A stretch of DNA of 54,252 nucleotides from a virus (taxonomy: Duplodnaviria; Caudoviricetes): positions 1-54,252 of IMG/VR virus record IMGVR_UViG_3300038549_000013; one strand, given 5' to 3'. A program made the position numbers and the translations under genes. Under the pieces are notes generated by a model, which was not told the DNA's origin, ran no database searches, and was given only the letters and a program-made list of their open reading frames with translations. Within the stretch, counting starts at the first letter, position 1. Each line of letters starts with the position of its first letter. Positions 1 through 7,559 of this stretch are shown piece by piece.

Positions 1-88
1 TCTTTATTTCCTGACTGACGTTTGCTGCTTCGCTGTAGTTGCCGTAAAGCGCCTGCTTGGCGTCAAGGGTCTGGTTGATGTCGGTCAT
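1..88 (-). CDS. 5' part of a phage hypothetical protein (DUF6378-like), running off the window edge
   Basis: ATG at 88 overlaps the upstream TGA (ATGA). Reads MTDINQTLDAKQALYGNYSEAANVSQEIK, resembling the L..R...YG.F...A...Q.LK phage family. Confidence 0.5.
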   Translation of the reverse strand, partial: MTDINQTLDAKQALYGNYSEAANVSQEIK

Positions 89-828
89 CCTAGTAGGTCC
101 ATGTTTTGTTGAAATCCAGCGCCATCGCTATTCCACCTATGAGCAGCTGTGTGGTCTTCGATGTTCTCGATCATCACCACGGCGCGTGTGCGTTCTCGCC
201 TGGGCGTGTAAGAGCCGGTCCATCGCTGATCTCGGCCGCAGTTTCGGGCGACATTAGTGGAGTCGGCGGAGGCGAGAGGTAGCCTCGAAAATATCCCGGT
301 GTCTAGCATTCGCAGTCCATGAAGTTTGCACTTCGGCATGCCGTCAGCGTCGCACGCCACCGCCATGATCTCGGCCATGCGTGACCACCAGCGAGGCGTG
401 TTGGTGTCTGAGTACTGCCCGCTTGATCCAAGCGCGATGCGCGGGTATTCACTTACCAGTCGTTCGAGCCGCTCGAGGCTCTCGTGCATGTGGTACACGG
501 GCACAGAGACAGCCTTTGGCAGCGGCCAGCGCGCCAGATGCGCGTCGTTGTCTTCCTCGCTGCCATCGATGACGTCCGGGATCACGCACCAGTCGACTGC
601 CGGATGCTTGAGCCAATGCCGGCACCATGCAAGGTAGCCATCGAAGTCGTGCGCCTCTCCTGATTTCCACGCGCTGAAGGCGCCATTGTCCAGCACCACC
701 ATTTGGCAGACCTCGCAGGCTTCCTCAATCTGATCGGGCGCCTGAAAGCTAACCATGGCGTGCTTGCCCTTGTAGACTCGGCACATCACGTCCAGCGGAT
801 ACATCGGCAGGCCGTGGTATCTGATCAT
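85..828 (-). CDS. TGT/DpdA-like (deazaguanine transglycosylase fold) protein
   Basis: Motifs VVLDNGAFSAW (cf. TGT DSGG/DSGAF), IPDVI, VPVYH, IALG, LHGLR and SADST occur in TGT-barrel order. Confidence 0.7.
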   Translation of the reverse strand: MIRYHGLPMYPLDVMCRVYKGKHAMVSFQAPDQIEEACEVCQMVVLDNGAFSAWKSGEAHDFDGYLAWCRHWLKHPAVDWCVIPDVIDGSEEDNDAHLARWPLPKAVSVPVYHMHESLERLERLVSEYPRIALGSSGQYSDTNTPRWWSRMAEIMAVACDADGMPKCKLHGLRMLDTGIFSRLPLASADSTNVARNCGRDQRWTGSYTPRRERTRAVVMIENIEDHTAAHRWNSDGAGFQQNMDLLG

Positions 829-1064
829 GGCCGTATCGTTGTGATGTGGGTGCCGTGGTGGTGGGCTGTGATCGTTTGCCGCCCACCGAATCGCTCGAAC
901 AGCTTGTCGGCGATCTGCTCGTGATAGCCGATGTCAAAGTTCAGTATTTCCGACTGGAGCGACTCGACCATGATCGTGTCGTGTGACTCGATCGTGAGAT
1001 TGTAGGTCACCACGCGGCTGTTGTTCGGGCACTTCGCGGTGAATCGATGCGTATAGATGTTCAC
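825..1064 (-). CDS. small QueF-like (T-fold) protein
   Basis: GTG start overlaps the upstream stop. FTAKCP...IMVES...YHEQI...HGTHITT parallels QueF FTSLCP...VE.KS...FHE...GGI. Coupled to the TGT-like gene. Confidence 0.55.
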   Translation of the reverse strand: MNIYTHRFTAKCPNNSRVVTYNLTIESHDTIMVESLQSEILNFDIGYHEQIADKLFERFGGRQTITAHHHGTHITTIRP

Positions 1065-1258
1065 GGCTGCTCTCCCATCCACTCGTGATTCGGGTCGCGC
1101 TTCGAGGCATCTCCATTCCAGAAATGACCGAAATTTTGGACGGCGTGATTGATATCTGAAAGAGCAGCGTCGCGTTGGCTCCGTCTAAACGAAAAAAGAC
1201 CATTCTTGGATCGATGATAGATCCAACCAAGCAATTGCTCTGGCGTCAGATCGCTCAT
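1061..1258 (-). CDS. hypothetical protein
   Basis: 65-aa ORF with 4-bp overlaps at both ends. Confidence 0.6.
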   Translation of the reverse strand: MSDLTPEQLLGWIYHRSKNGLFSFRRSQRDAALSDINHAVQNFGHFWNGDASKRDPNHEWMGEQP

Positions 1259-1445
1259 GGCACCCCCGCGGGCGCTGCGCCCAATGCCGGGTAGTGGTCA
1301 GCGCTCGTCCCGAGCAGGCGCTCCAGCTGCAGCACCTCGCATTCCTTGAGGTGTGCCTGAGTCCTGAGCATGCTCGTTGCATTCGATCCCGCGAACTGAC
1401 TCAAGTCGAGTCTCCATCGCCGACAAATTCTGCCAGTAAAGGGTT

Positions 1446-2507
1446 TTAGCCATTGCCGTTCTCCTGCTTGCATGCTGGGCAATCTTCGCCTCGACCGTCG
1501 AAGCCATGCGTGCTGTAAATGTGCTCCAGCTTCTGCTCCGCCTGAGGCTGGTCTGCAGAGCTTTCCTTTTCGACCTGATCCCGCAGCAGCAGAGCGTATA
1601 TTGCGACCATCGCTTGCATTGTCTCAGGTCGCAGTCGGATAGGCGTCTTGTGCTCGCTGGTGACGAAACTCCACCAGTAATCGCCCTCGTGGAAAGATCC
1701 GTTAACCTCTGTGCCGTTCTCCAGCGTGATGGTGGTGCACTTCATTTCGATGATCTGATTCGGCTCATCGGCCTGCGGCTGGGCGAGGGCGGCGCGGGCG
1801 TAGTCGAGTGACATACGCCCCACCGATTCCCAGCTCAGCGGCTTTCGCGGGCCAGTAGAGCCGAGAGAATCCCATCCGGCCGACATGTCCAGTATCCACT
1901 GCAGATGCTCGCGCAACTTCCGCTCGCGCTCCTCAGCAGCCTTTGTTTTGAAGATGTACTCGTTGAGCTGGTCTTCTGCCTGACTGTGCATCATCTGGTA
2001 GCGCTCCATCCGCTCCCTCATCCCCCGCATATCCGCCAGCATCGCATCGCGGGCCGAGGCGTCGCTGGCGGCGTTTTGGGCGAGGGTGTCATAAGCGGAG
2101 AGCAGGTCTCGACGGATGTCGTACGTGTATTGCCATGTCGGCATCTCCTGCACAGGGCTGGCGGCGAGGTGCTCCAGTCGGATCTGCTCGACCCGCTCAT
2201 TCCGCTCCACCGCCACCGGCTTGCGCAACTCGGCGAGTTGTGAATGCAGGTCCGCTATCTGCAGAGCCATCGACTGCTCGCGATTGATGTAGGCAGCGAT
2301 GTTGAAGTCCTGGGTGGACAGCTTGCCGCGCAGCTCGGCGATGGTGGCATCGCGCTCACTAATTGCCCGCAGAAGAGTCGACACTGCGTCGCACGCCTCC
2401 AGATAAGCGGCGCGCTCGTGGGTGAACTCGTTAGCATTGCCGGCGAACCTGGATTCGGCTCGGCGCTTGATCGCCTGCAGCTGCTCGTCGGTGACTGGTG
2501 TGGTCAT
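1446..2507 (-). CDS. Ead/Ea22-like coiled-coil early protein
   Basis: 353 aa, with TDEQLQAIKRRAE start, long heptad-rich segments and a modular C-terminus typical of this early-region class. Confidence 0.55.
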   Translation of the reverse strand: MTTPVTDEQLQAIKRRAESRFAGNANEFTHERAAYLEACDAVSTLLRAISERDATIAELRGKLSTQDFNIAAYINREQSMALQIADLHSQLAELRKPVAVERNERVEQIRLEHLAASPVQEMPTWQYTYDIRRDLLSAYDTLAQNAASDASARDAMLADMRGMRERMERYQMMHSQAEDQLNEYIFKTKAAEERERKLREHLQWILDMSAGWDSLGSTGPRKPLSWESVGRMSLDYARAALAQPQADEPNQIIEMKCTTITLENGTEVNGSFHEGDYWWSFVTSEHKTPIRLRPETMQAMVAIYALLLRDQVEKESSADQPQAEQKLEHIYSTHGFDGRGEDCPACKQENGNG

Positions 2508-2508
2508 C

Positions 2509-2775
2509 TCAATCTCCGTTCAATGCCTTGTGAGTTTCTTTGGCGGTCAGCCCGATTGCCATGCAGCCGTGCAGGGTGGCGCTGAAGTAGTCTTTCCTGT
2601 GCTCCACGGCGAACCCACGAGCGACCAGTCTTTGCATAGATGCGTAGTGGTCGCAGCCAGGATTGCTGTTGAAGTGGTTGCGGTAGCACCAATGCTTGCG
2701 TGCCTTATCGCTGCGCACTCCCAGCATGTGGCGCAGGTTTTCGAGATCCTCAATCAAATGCTCGGCCTCGCTCAT
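2509..2775 (-). CDS. hypothetical phage protein (paralog of 10089..10427)
   Basis: HMLG...YRNHF...LVARG...FSAT..G pattern. Confidence 0.7.
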   Translation of the reverse strand: MSEAEHLIEDLENLRHMLGVRSDKARKHWCYRNHFNSNPGCDHYASMQRLVARGFAVEHRKDYFSATLHGCMAIGLTAKETHKALNGD

Positions 2776-2782
2776 CTTTGCC

Positions 2783-3073
2783 TCACTCAGCCGCGGCGCG
2801 CAGCGTTGGGAATTCGTTTTGCACGTGGTCAGCCGCCCTCAGCGAGCACTCGGCATCGTTGCACGCGAGGTGACGGGCGGGCGTGCAGATTTCGCGACAC
2901 CTCGGGCACAGCGGCTGGGCATAGTTACCTTCGCCGAGAAACTCAGTCACACCCTGTCGCGCGTCGAGTGCACGCAAGAAAGGCGCGACGCTGCCGTGAC
3001 CGTCCCAGCCGTAGAACAGTGCGCGCTCAGCGTCGGCGCGGGCCAGCTGGCAGATTCTGCATTCGCATGCCAT
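2783..3073 (-). CDS. Cys-rich hypothetical protein
   Basis: ATG overlaps the upstream TGA. Contains CECRIC and CPRC...C...C. Confidence 0.55.
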   Translation of the reverse strand: MACECRICQLARADAERALFYGWDGHGSVAPFLRALDARQGVTEFLGEGNYAQPLCPRCREICTPARHLACNDAECSLRAADHVQNEFPTLRAAAE

Positions 3074-3411
3074 CAGCCGCCCTCCGCCTTGCGAATCAGA
3101 TCCCAGATAGGCTTGCAGGTGCTGCACGGTACAGAGTGATCCCACGCGGGGTCGCCGTTCCTATCGTTTCCAACGATCTCCGCACTGCCGCCGCACGCCT
3201 CGCACTTACTGCCGTACTCGCGGACCATCTTTAGAAGTTCCGGCACACACTCGACGGCGCGAGCGATGGCGTGGCCTCGATCGTCCGAGCCGTTCTGGAT
3301 CTGAGCAAGGCAGACCTGTCCGTCCATGGCCATGACTTCCCAGTGGCCCGAGTCATCCTCGACCCAGATGTAGCACCATGTGTCGTACAGGTATCTCAGG
3401 GGGTCGCTCAT
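3073..3411 (-). CDS. hypothetical protein with CxxC...CxxC zinc site
   Basis: VPELL...CEACGGS...PCSTC; tandem paralog of the next gene. Confidence 0.65.
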   Translation of the reverse strand: MSDPLRYLYDTWCYIWVEDDSGHWEVMAMDGQVCLAQIQNGSDDRGHAIARAVECVPELLKMVREYGSKCEACGGSAEIVGNDRNGDPAWDHSVPCSTCKPIWDLIRKAEGG

Positions 3412-3743
3412 GCCTCACCCGTTGCCTTTGCGATTGTTTCTCGAACATCGGCGCATGCTTTACAAGGCTTGTCTGTGTCAGGAATGCGGCCCTCTCCATC
3501 CCAGATCCAGCTGAGTCCAGAGCCGCGACACACTTGGCACTCGCTGGCATACCGCCGCAGCAAAGCGAGCATTTCGGGAGCGGCGCAAATCAGCGCGGCG
3601 TTCGCCTCCTTTTCGCCTGCGGCGTCCATCGAGAAGCACTCGGCCAGGGCGTACGGTTTGCTGTCATCGCCGTCTACAACGATGCACGTCCGCCATGCCC
3701 AGCCGTTGTAGACATACCAGTTTCCTTCGGTGTGCTTCGCCAT
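3408..3743 (-). CDS. HTPGPW/ANARLIAAAP-type phage early protein with zinc site
   Basis: KHTEGNW...ANAALICAAPEML...CQVCRGSG...PCKAC...IAKATG. Confidence 0.7.
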   Translation of the reverse strand: MAKHTEGNWYVYNGWAWRTCIVVDGDDSKPYALAECFSMDAAGEKEANAALICAAPEMLALLRRYASECQVCRGSGLSWIWDGEGRIPDTDKPCKACADVRETIAKATGEA

Positions 3744-3965
3744 CTACGCCACATCTCCCATCCGCTCAAAAGCCACATCCGCCTGCACCAACTCGAGCAG
3801 CGCCCAGAAGGCGGTCAGGTCGCGGTAAAGCCTGTTGTCGTGCAGCTCGCCCTGCCAAATGTGCAGCATCGGGTCGCCGTACTCGCGCACCGCTCGCTCG
3901 AACGCCTCCATGTCCTCGGCATCGATGCGCTCGATGTAGGAGGCGGAGAAGGGGAGTGGAGTCAT
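3744..3965 (-). CDS. hypothetical protein
   Basis: 73-aa ORF tightly packed in the operon. Confidence 0.6.
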   Translation of the reverse strand: MTPLPFSASYIERIDAEDMEAFERAVREYGDPMLHIWQGELHDNRLYRDLTAFWALLELVQADVAFERMGDVA

Positions 3966-4786
3966 GCTGCGAACTCGCGCGGGTAGAACGTCCGCCCGAT
4001 GAATTCAGAAAGCTCGATCGGTATCTTGGCAATCATGGCGCTGGCGAATTTGCGCTTGCTGCTGTTGTGACTGCCGAGGCGCATCGGCGATGAAGAGCCC
4101 GCACCGAACCAGTCCCCACCGCACTTCGTGCCTTCGTCGATATTTTCACCTCGGAACCAGCTGCCACCGGCGTTCTTGATAGCCGAATCTCGAAAACATC
4201 CAGACGCGCCACTACTCTTGTAGTCCGGCTGGCCGTACTTGCTCCAGTCGAGTCCGCCGACTTTCACGCCGCGCTTGCGCGGAATCGGCAACAGCGCAGG
4301 CACATCCCCCCAAAGGTAGAAACTGCCGTAGCGCCCGCGAGCACGGCCTACCCAGGGCTGCGCGCCCTTGACGTTCTCGACCACCATCGGGATGTGCCGG
4401 CCAGCCGCGGCACATGCCTCGCGCTGGATGCGGAAGCAAGCATCGAACAGTGCCGTGAGCTCGGCCGTGGTACGCGAGCCATCGTAGCCGTCCGGGAAAT
4501 CACATTGCCCGCGCAGCGCTCCAGCAATCTGCTTCGCACGCTGCCACGGCATCGCCATGTAGCTGAACTCCGTGCACGGCGGACTCGCCACAATCAGATC
4601 CGCCGAGGCGAACTGCTTGCCGTGAAGAGTGAGAACGTTCTGCAGCACCAGCTGCGCGGGATAGCGGTGCTGGCCGTAGACGTGTTGCTCGATGTCAAAG
4701 CCGATGACTTTCCAGCCAGTGGCGAGCAGACCATCGGTCCAACCTCCCAGGCCCGAGAACAAATCTATGGCGAGCGGCTTGCTCAC
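3962..4786 (-). CDS. DNA cytosine-C5 methyltransferase-like protein (divergent)
   Basis: Motif I IDLFSGLGG, motif II GFDI, motif IV ASPPCTEFS, motif VI VENV. Confidence 0.8.
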   Translation of the reverse strand: MSKPLAIDLFSGLGGWTDGLLATGWKVIGFDIEQHVYGQHRYPAQLVLQNVLTLHGKQFASADLIVASPPCTEFSYMAMPWQRAKQIAGALRGQCDFPDGYDGSRTTAELTALFDACFRIQREACAAAGRHIPMVVENVKGAQPWVGRARGRYGSFYLWGDVPALLPIPRKRGVKVGGLDWSKYGQPDYKSSGASGCFRDSAIKNAGGSWFRGENIDEGTKCGGDWFGAGSSSPMRLGSHNSSKRKFASAMIAKIPIELSEFIGRTFYPREFAA

Positions 4787-5160
4787 TTCGCCCCCGCCTG
4801 CGCGCCAGGAGCTGGCTCAAGGGCTTCATATGTGCGGTCGTAGCCGTTGCTCTCTCGCCAAGACAAGATAGCCTGGTCGAGAGTTGGGTGACGATCAACA
4901 CTGGAGCCTTGGCGTGTGCGTCGCTGCCACATAGCAATGCCAACTCGACCAGGACCGCTCCGGATTATCTTGACTCGGACACACAAGTCGTGGGCTAGAA
5001 AGACCAAACGTGTCAGGCATTCAGAGTCGAATGTGGCCAACCCCGTATAGGTAGCCACCTTCCATCCGCCCCCGAATGGCTTGATGTCCGGGCAGTGGTG
5101 CGCGCCGCGAAAGAAGCGGTGAAAGAAGCGCTCGGCTTCCTCTTTTGTCGTCTGTCTCAT
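4783..5160 (-). CDS. hypothetical phage protein
   Basis: 125 aa, with GAHH...LATFD...LTRLVFLAHD.CVRV; coupled overlaps. Confidence 0.7.
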   Translation of the reverse strand: MRQTTKEEAERFFHRFFRGAHHCPDIKPFGGGWKVATYTGLATFDSECLTRLVFLAHDLCVRVKIIRSGPGRVGIAMWQRRTRQGSSVDRHPTLDQAILSWRESNGYDRTYEALEPAPGAQAGAK

Positions 5161-5402
5161 GCCGTTACTCCTCTCCGCTCAACCTTCACACGCACAGCCT
5201 CGATGGCCGTGTTGCACGCCTGCCTGTACAGCCGACTCGCATCCGCCAGCAGGCGCGGGCTCTTGCCATTGAGAGCACGGGCGAGCTGATTGCGGCGCAC
5301 GAGCAGCTGGCGCTGTAGCGGCCATGGGGCTAGCGCGTAATGCTCGAGGCACATCACGGCGTTGGAAGGCATCGCGCGGGCGCAGATGGGGCAGGGGTTC
5401 AC
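5157..5402 (-). CDS. small zinc-finger protein
   Basis: CPIC...MCLEHY; coupled overlaps. Confidence 0.6.
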   Translation of the reverse strand: MNPCPICARAMPSNAVMCLEHYALAPWPLQRQLLVRRNQLARALNGKSPRLLADASRLYRQACNTAIEAVRVKVERRGVTA

Positions 5403-5674
5403 AGCACGCCCCTGTAGAGCCGCCTCTGGTCAATGCCGAGGGCCTTGGCAATCTCGGCCAGCGTATGGATGTGTACACGCTGCCTGCCTCCATGCTCGAC
5501 GTTGGTCAGCCACGTTCGAGTCATCTTCAGTTTCTTGGCGAAGTCCTCTTGCGTAATCCCGGCCTTCTCGCGCTCGGCCTTGATGTTGGCGCCGATCGCT
5601 GCGTAGATAGGCTCGACGTAGATCACACGCCAGACCGTCTTGGTTTGCTTGATCCGCGTTGGCTTTGGTTTCAT
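5399..5674 (-). CDS. XRE-family HTH regulator
   Basis: IGANIKAEREKAGITQEDFAKKLKMTRTWLTNVEHG. Confidence 0.85.
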   Translation of the reverse strand: MKPKPTRIKQTKTVWRVIYVEPIYAAIGANIKAEREKAGITQEDFAKKLKMTRTWLTNVEHGGRQRVHIHTLAEIAKALGIDQRRLYRGVL

Positions 5675-6039
5675 TGCTTGGCCCGCCCGAACTGACGCAT
5701 TGCCATCTCGTGTGCGCGATATGCGTCGTCTTGGTTTTCAAAGCCGACCGTGAGGGTGTAGCCGCTCAGGTGATTTTTGGTGTAGGCGAAAGACGCTACC
5801 GGATTCGGCGCTGGCTTTTGCGGCCTTATCCAGTGCGTACACAGCCCCTTCGCCCACGCCAGCGTGTACAGAAAGCACAGCGCGAAGAAGCCCCACTGCT
5901 CGGCGCTCCATGCCGCGTAATACCAAAATGGCTGTCCAGCCAGACCAAACAGGCACGCGTACCGCTGCAGCTTGGGACCGCTCTGAGAGAGCGCGATAGC
6001 AGTGACGCCGGTCATGGCGATGGCGATTTGGTCGATCAT
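5671..6039 (-). CDS. small 3-TM membrane protein (half-PnuC-like) with soluble tail
   Basis: Three hydrophobic segments around GLAGQPFW..A....QWG; ATGA-coupled start at 6039. Confidence 0.55.
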   Translation of the reverse strand: MIDQIAIAMTGVTAIALSQSGPKLQRYACLFGLAGQPFWYYAAWSAEQWGFFALCFLYTLAWAKGLCTHWIRPQKPAPNPVASFAYTKNHLSGYTLTVGFENQDDAYRAHEMAMRQFGRAKQ

Positions 6040-6374
6040 GGCGCGTGCCTCCCGTGCCCGCTGCAACGCGAGCACTGCGACACTGAGATGCGTCCAATCG
6101 GACCGAAGTGCTGCACGTCTGAACCAGTGCCATTGCAGACACGGCAAGTGACCTTGGACCGCTCTTTTTCCAGTTCCTTTTTCAGCCGCTCAGCTTCTGT
6201 GGGGCCACGATATGGGCCGGCTGCTGCAGGTCCGCCGAAATAGTCGCCAGCGGTCTCAGCGCAGTCGCAGACATCGAGCGCCAGCGCGTCGACTTGTGCC
6301 GCGGTGACCTCAATGCCGTGCTCGGCGCATTGCTCGGCCAGCATCTCCTTCCAGAACTGCAGACGCTCTCTCAT
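6036..6374 (-). CDS. protein with DnaJ-type zinc-finger repeats
   Basis: CRVCNGTG and CSRCSGHG (CxxCxGxG). Confidence 0.7.
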   Translation of the reverse strand: MRERLQFWKEMLAEQCAEHGIEVTAAQVDALALDVCDCAETAGDYFGGPAAAGPYRGPTEAERLKKELEKERSKVTCRVCNGTGSDVQHFGPIGRISVSQCSRCSGHGRHAP

Positions 6375-6595
6375 GCAGCCTCCCGCAGCAGTTCGCTGAC
6401 GTTGCACTGATGCACCAAGAAGCTAATGGCCCACACCCAGGTCCCCGTCCCCGCAGCCTTCGCCGCCTGCGCGCCAGGGGCGGGCTCAGCAGAGGGCAGC
6501 TCCATCGCGTCCAGCGGACTGATGCGCCAAAGTTGCTCGTAGTCGATCCGGTTGGCCAGGGCCAGGATGCATTCGGGTTTGTTCTTGCCGCTCAT
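6371..6595 (-). CDS. hypothetical protein
   Basis: 74-aa ORF coupled on both sides. Confidence 0.5.
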   Translation of the reverse strand: MSGKNKPECILALANRIDYEQLWRISPLDAMELPSAEPAPGAQAAKAAGTGTWVWAISFLVHQCNVSELLREAA

Positions 6596-6765
6596 AGCGC
6601 TCTACCCCATGCCACCCACAGCAGCGCATACTCGATGTGCTTCGGTATCGGCTTGCCTGCTATGTAGTACCGCATCTGCCGAGGGCTGATCTCTATCAGC
6701 CGAGCGGCGCCGCACTGGGTCAGTCCTGCTTCTTCCAGCAGGCGCCGGAGTTGCTTGGGGGTCAT
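6592..6765 (-). CDS. Aca1-like small HTH regulator
   Basis: LRRLLEEAGLTQCGAARLIEISPRQMRYYIAG.PIP..IEYAL resembles Aca1 (LRGLLKKAGISQRRAAELLGLSDRVMRYYLS...APYTVQFAL, recalled from memory). Confidence 0.75.
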   Translation of the reverse strand: MTPKQLRRLLEEAGLTQCGAARLIEISPRQMRYYIAGKPIPKHIEYALLWVAWGRAL

Positions 6766-7109
6766 CCGAAGAGCGCCTTTGAAAGTTGCTGGACGTTCCA
6801 TGAGCTACCCAGGCGCTCTGCTGCTATCTTCGCCAAAGCATCGGCGCCGACTTTGAATGCGGCTTCGATGCCGGCCACGACTTGCAAGATCACCTCGGCC
6901 CTGCGGGCCACGAGCTGTTGGCGCACCTCCGGAAGTACTTCCTTCTCGATCCACTCGCCAACCTCCTTGGCCACGGCTTCCTTCACCTTCCAGCCGATCT
7001 CGCCTTGGATGGAATTCACGGCGCCGGCCACGATATTTTGGACGATCTGTCCACGCTGCTCGGATAGAGCGCGGGCTATCTCTGAATCGAAGTCAACCTG
7101 TTCGGTCAT
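6762..7109 (-). CDS. helical hypothetical protein, candidate anti-defence/anti-CRISPR
   Basis: 115 aa, with its own promoter and AAGGA RBS; coupled to the Aca1-like gene. Confidence 0.6.
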   Translation of the reverse strand: MTEQVDFDSEIARALSEQRGQIVQNIVAGAVNSIQGEIGWKVKEAVAKEVGEWIEKEVLPEVRQQLVARRAEVILQVVAGIEAAFKVGADALAKIAAERLGSSWNVQQLSKALFG

Positions 7110-7145
7110 GGTAATGATCCTTCTGTGATGCCGTTAGGTATGCGC

Positions 7146-7175
7146 ACTGTATGCTCAGTGTGCCTAGGCAGTCAA
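7146..7175 (-). promoter_or_regulatory. sigma70 promoter with operator in the spacer
   Basis: TTGACT-N18-TACAGT, overlapped by the imperfect palindrome TAGGCACACTGAGCATA. Confidence 0.7.
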
Positions 7176-7198
7176 GTCCTAGCAGACGGGCAAGGCTA

Positions 7199-7372
7199 TC
7201 AGCCTTCCTCCAGCATTATCTTGCGCACTGCCAACTCTAGAATCTGCTCATTGGTGAGCGGCTTCTCGCCACTCTTGTGCTTTTCCCATGCATCGCGAAT
7301 CTCGCGAAGCTCATGGGAGCGCAAGTAACGTGACTCGCCTTCGTGCTGCTGACACATTTCAGCTACCCTCAT
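7199..7372 (-). CDS. hypothetical protein
   Basis: Small ORF in operon context. Confidence 0.5.
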   Translation of the reverse strand: MRVAEMCQQHEGESRYLRSHELREIRDAWEKHKSGEKPLTNEQILELAVRKIMLEEG

Positions 7373-7559
7373 GTGCGGTCTCCGCAGCCTTCGCCGCACT
7401 GCGGTGCCGCATCTCGCGTAGCATCTGCTCGCCGACGCACCGAGCTGCATGCTGGTGCATCAGCTCAGCCGCATTGGCGGCATCCGCCTCAGTCGAGAAC
7501 GGCAGCGATTCGTAGCCCTCGATCCGCCATTGGCCGTTGTAGTCGCGGTGGATGTTCAT
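7359..7559 (-). CDS. hypothetical protein
   Basis: 66-aa ORF, ATGA-coupled to the Ref-like gene. Confidence 0.55.
   Translation of the reverse strand: MNIHRDYNGQWRIEGYESLPFSTEADAANAAELMHQHAARCVGEQMLREMRHRSAAKAAETAHEGS

Noticed and set aside
2422-3234. 270-aa plus-strand ORF
   Set aside because: It lies antisense to coupled minus-strand genes and has no motifs.
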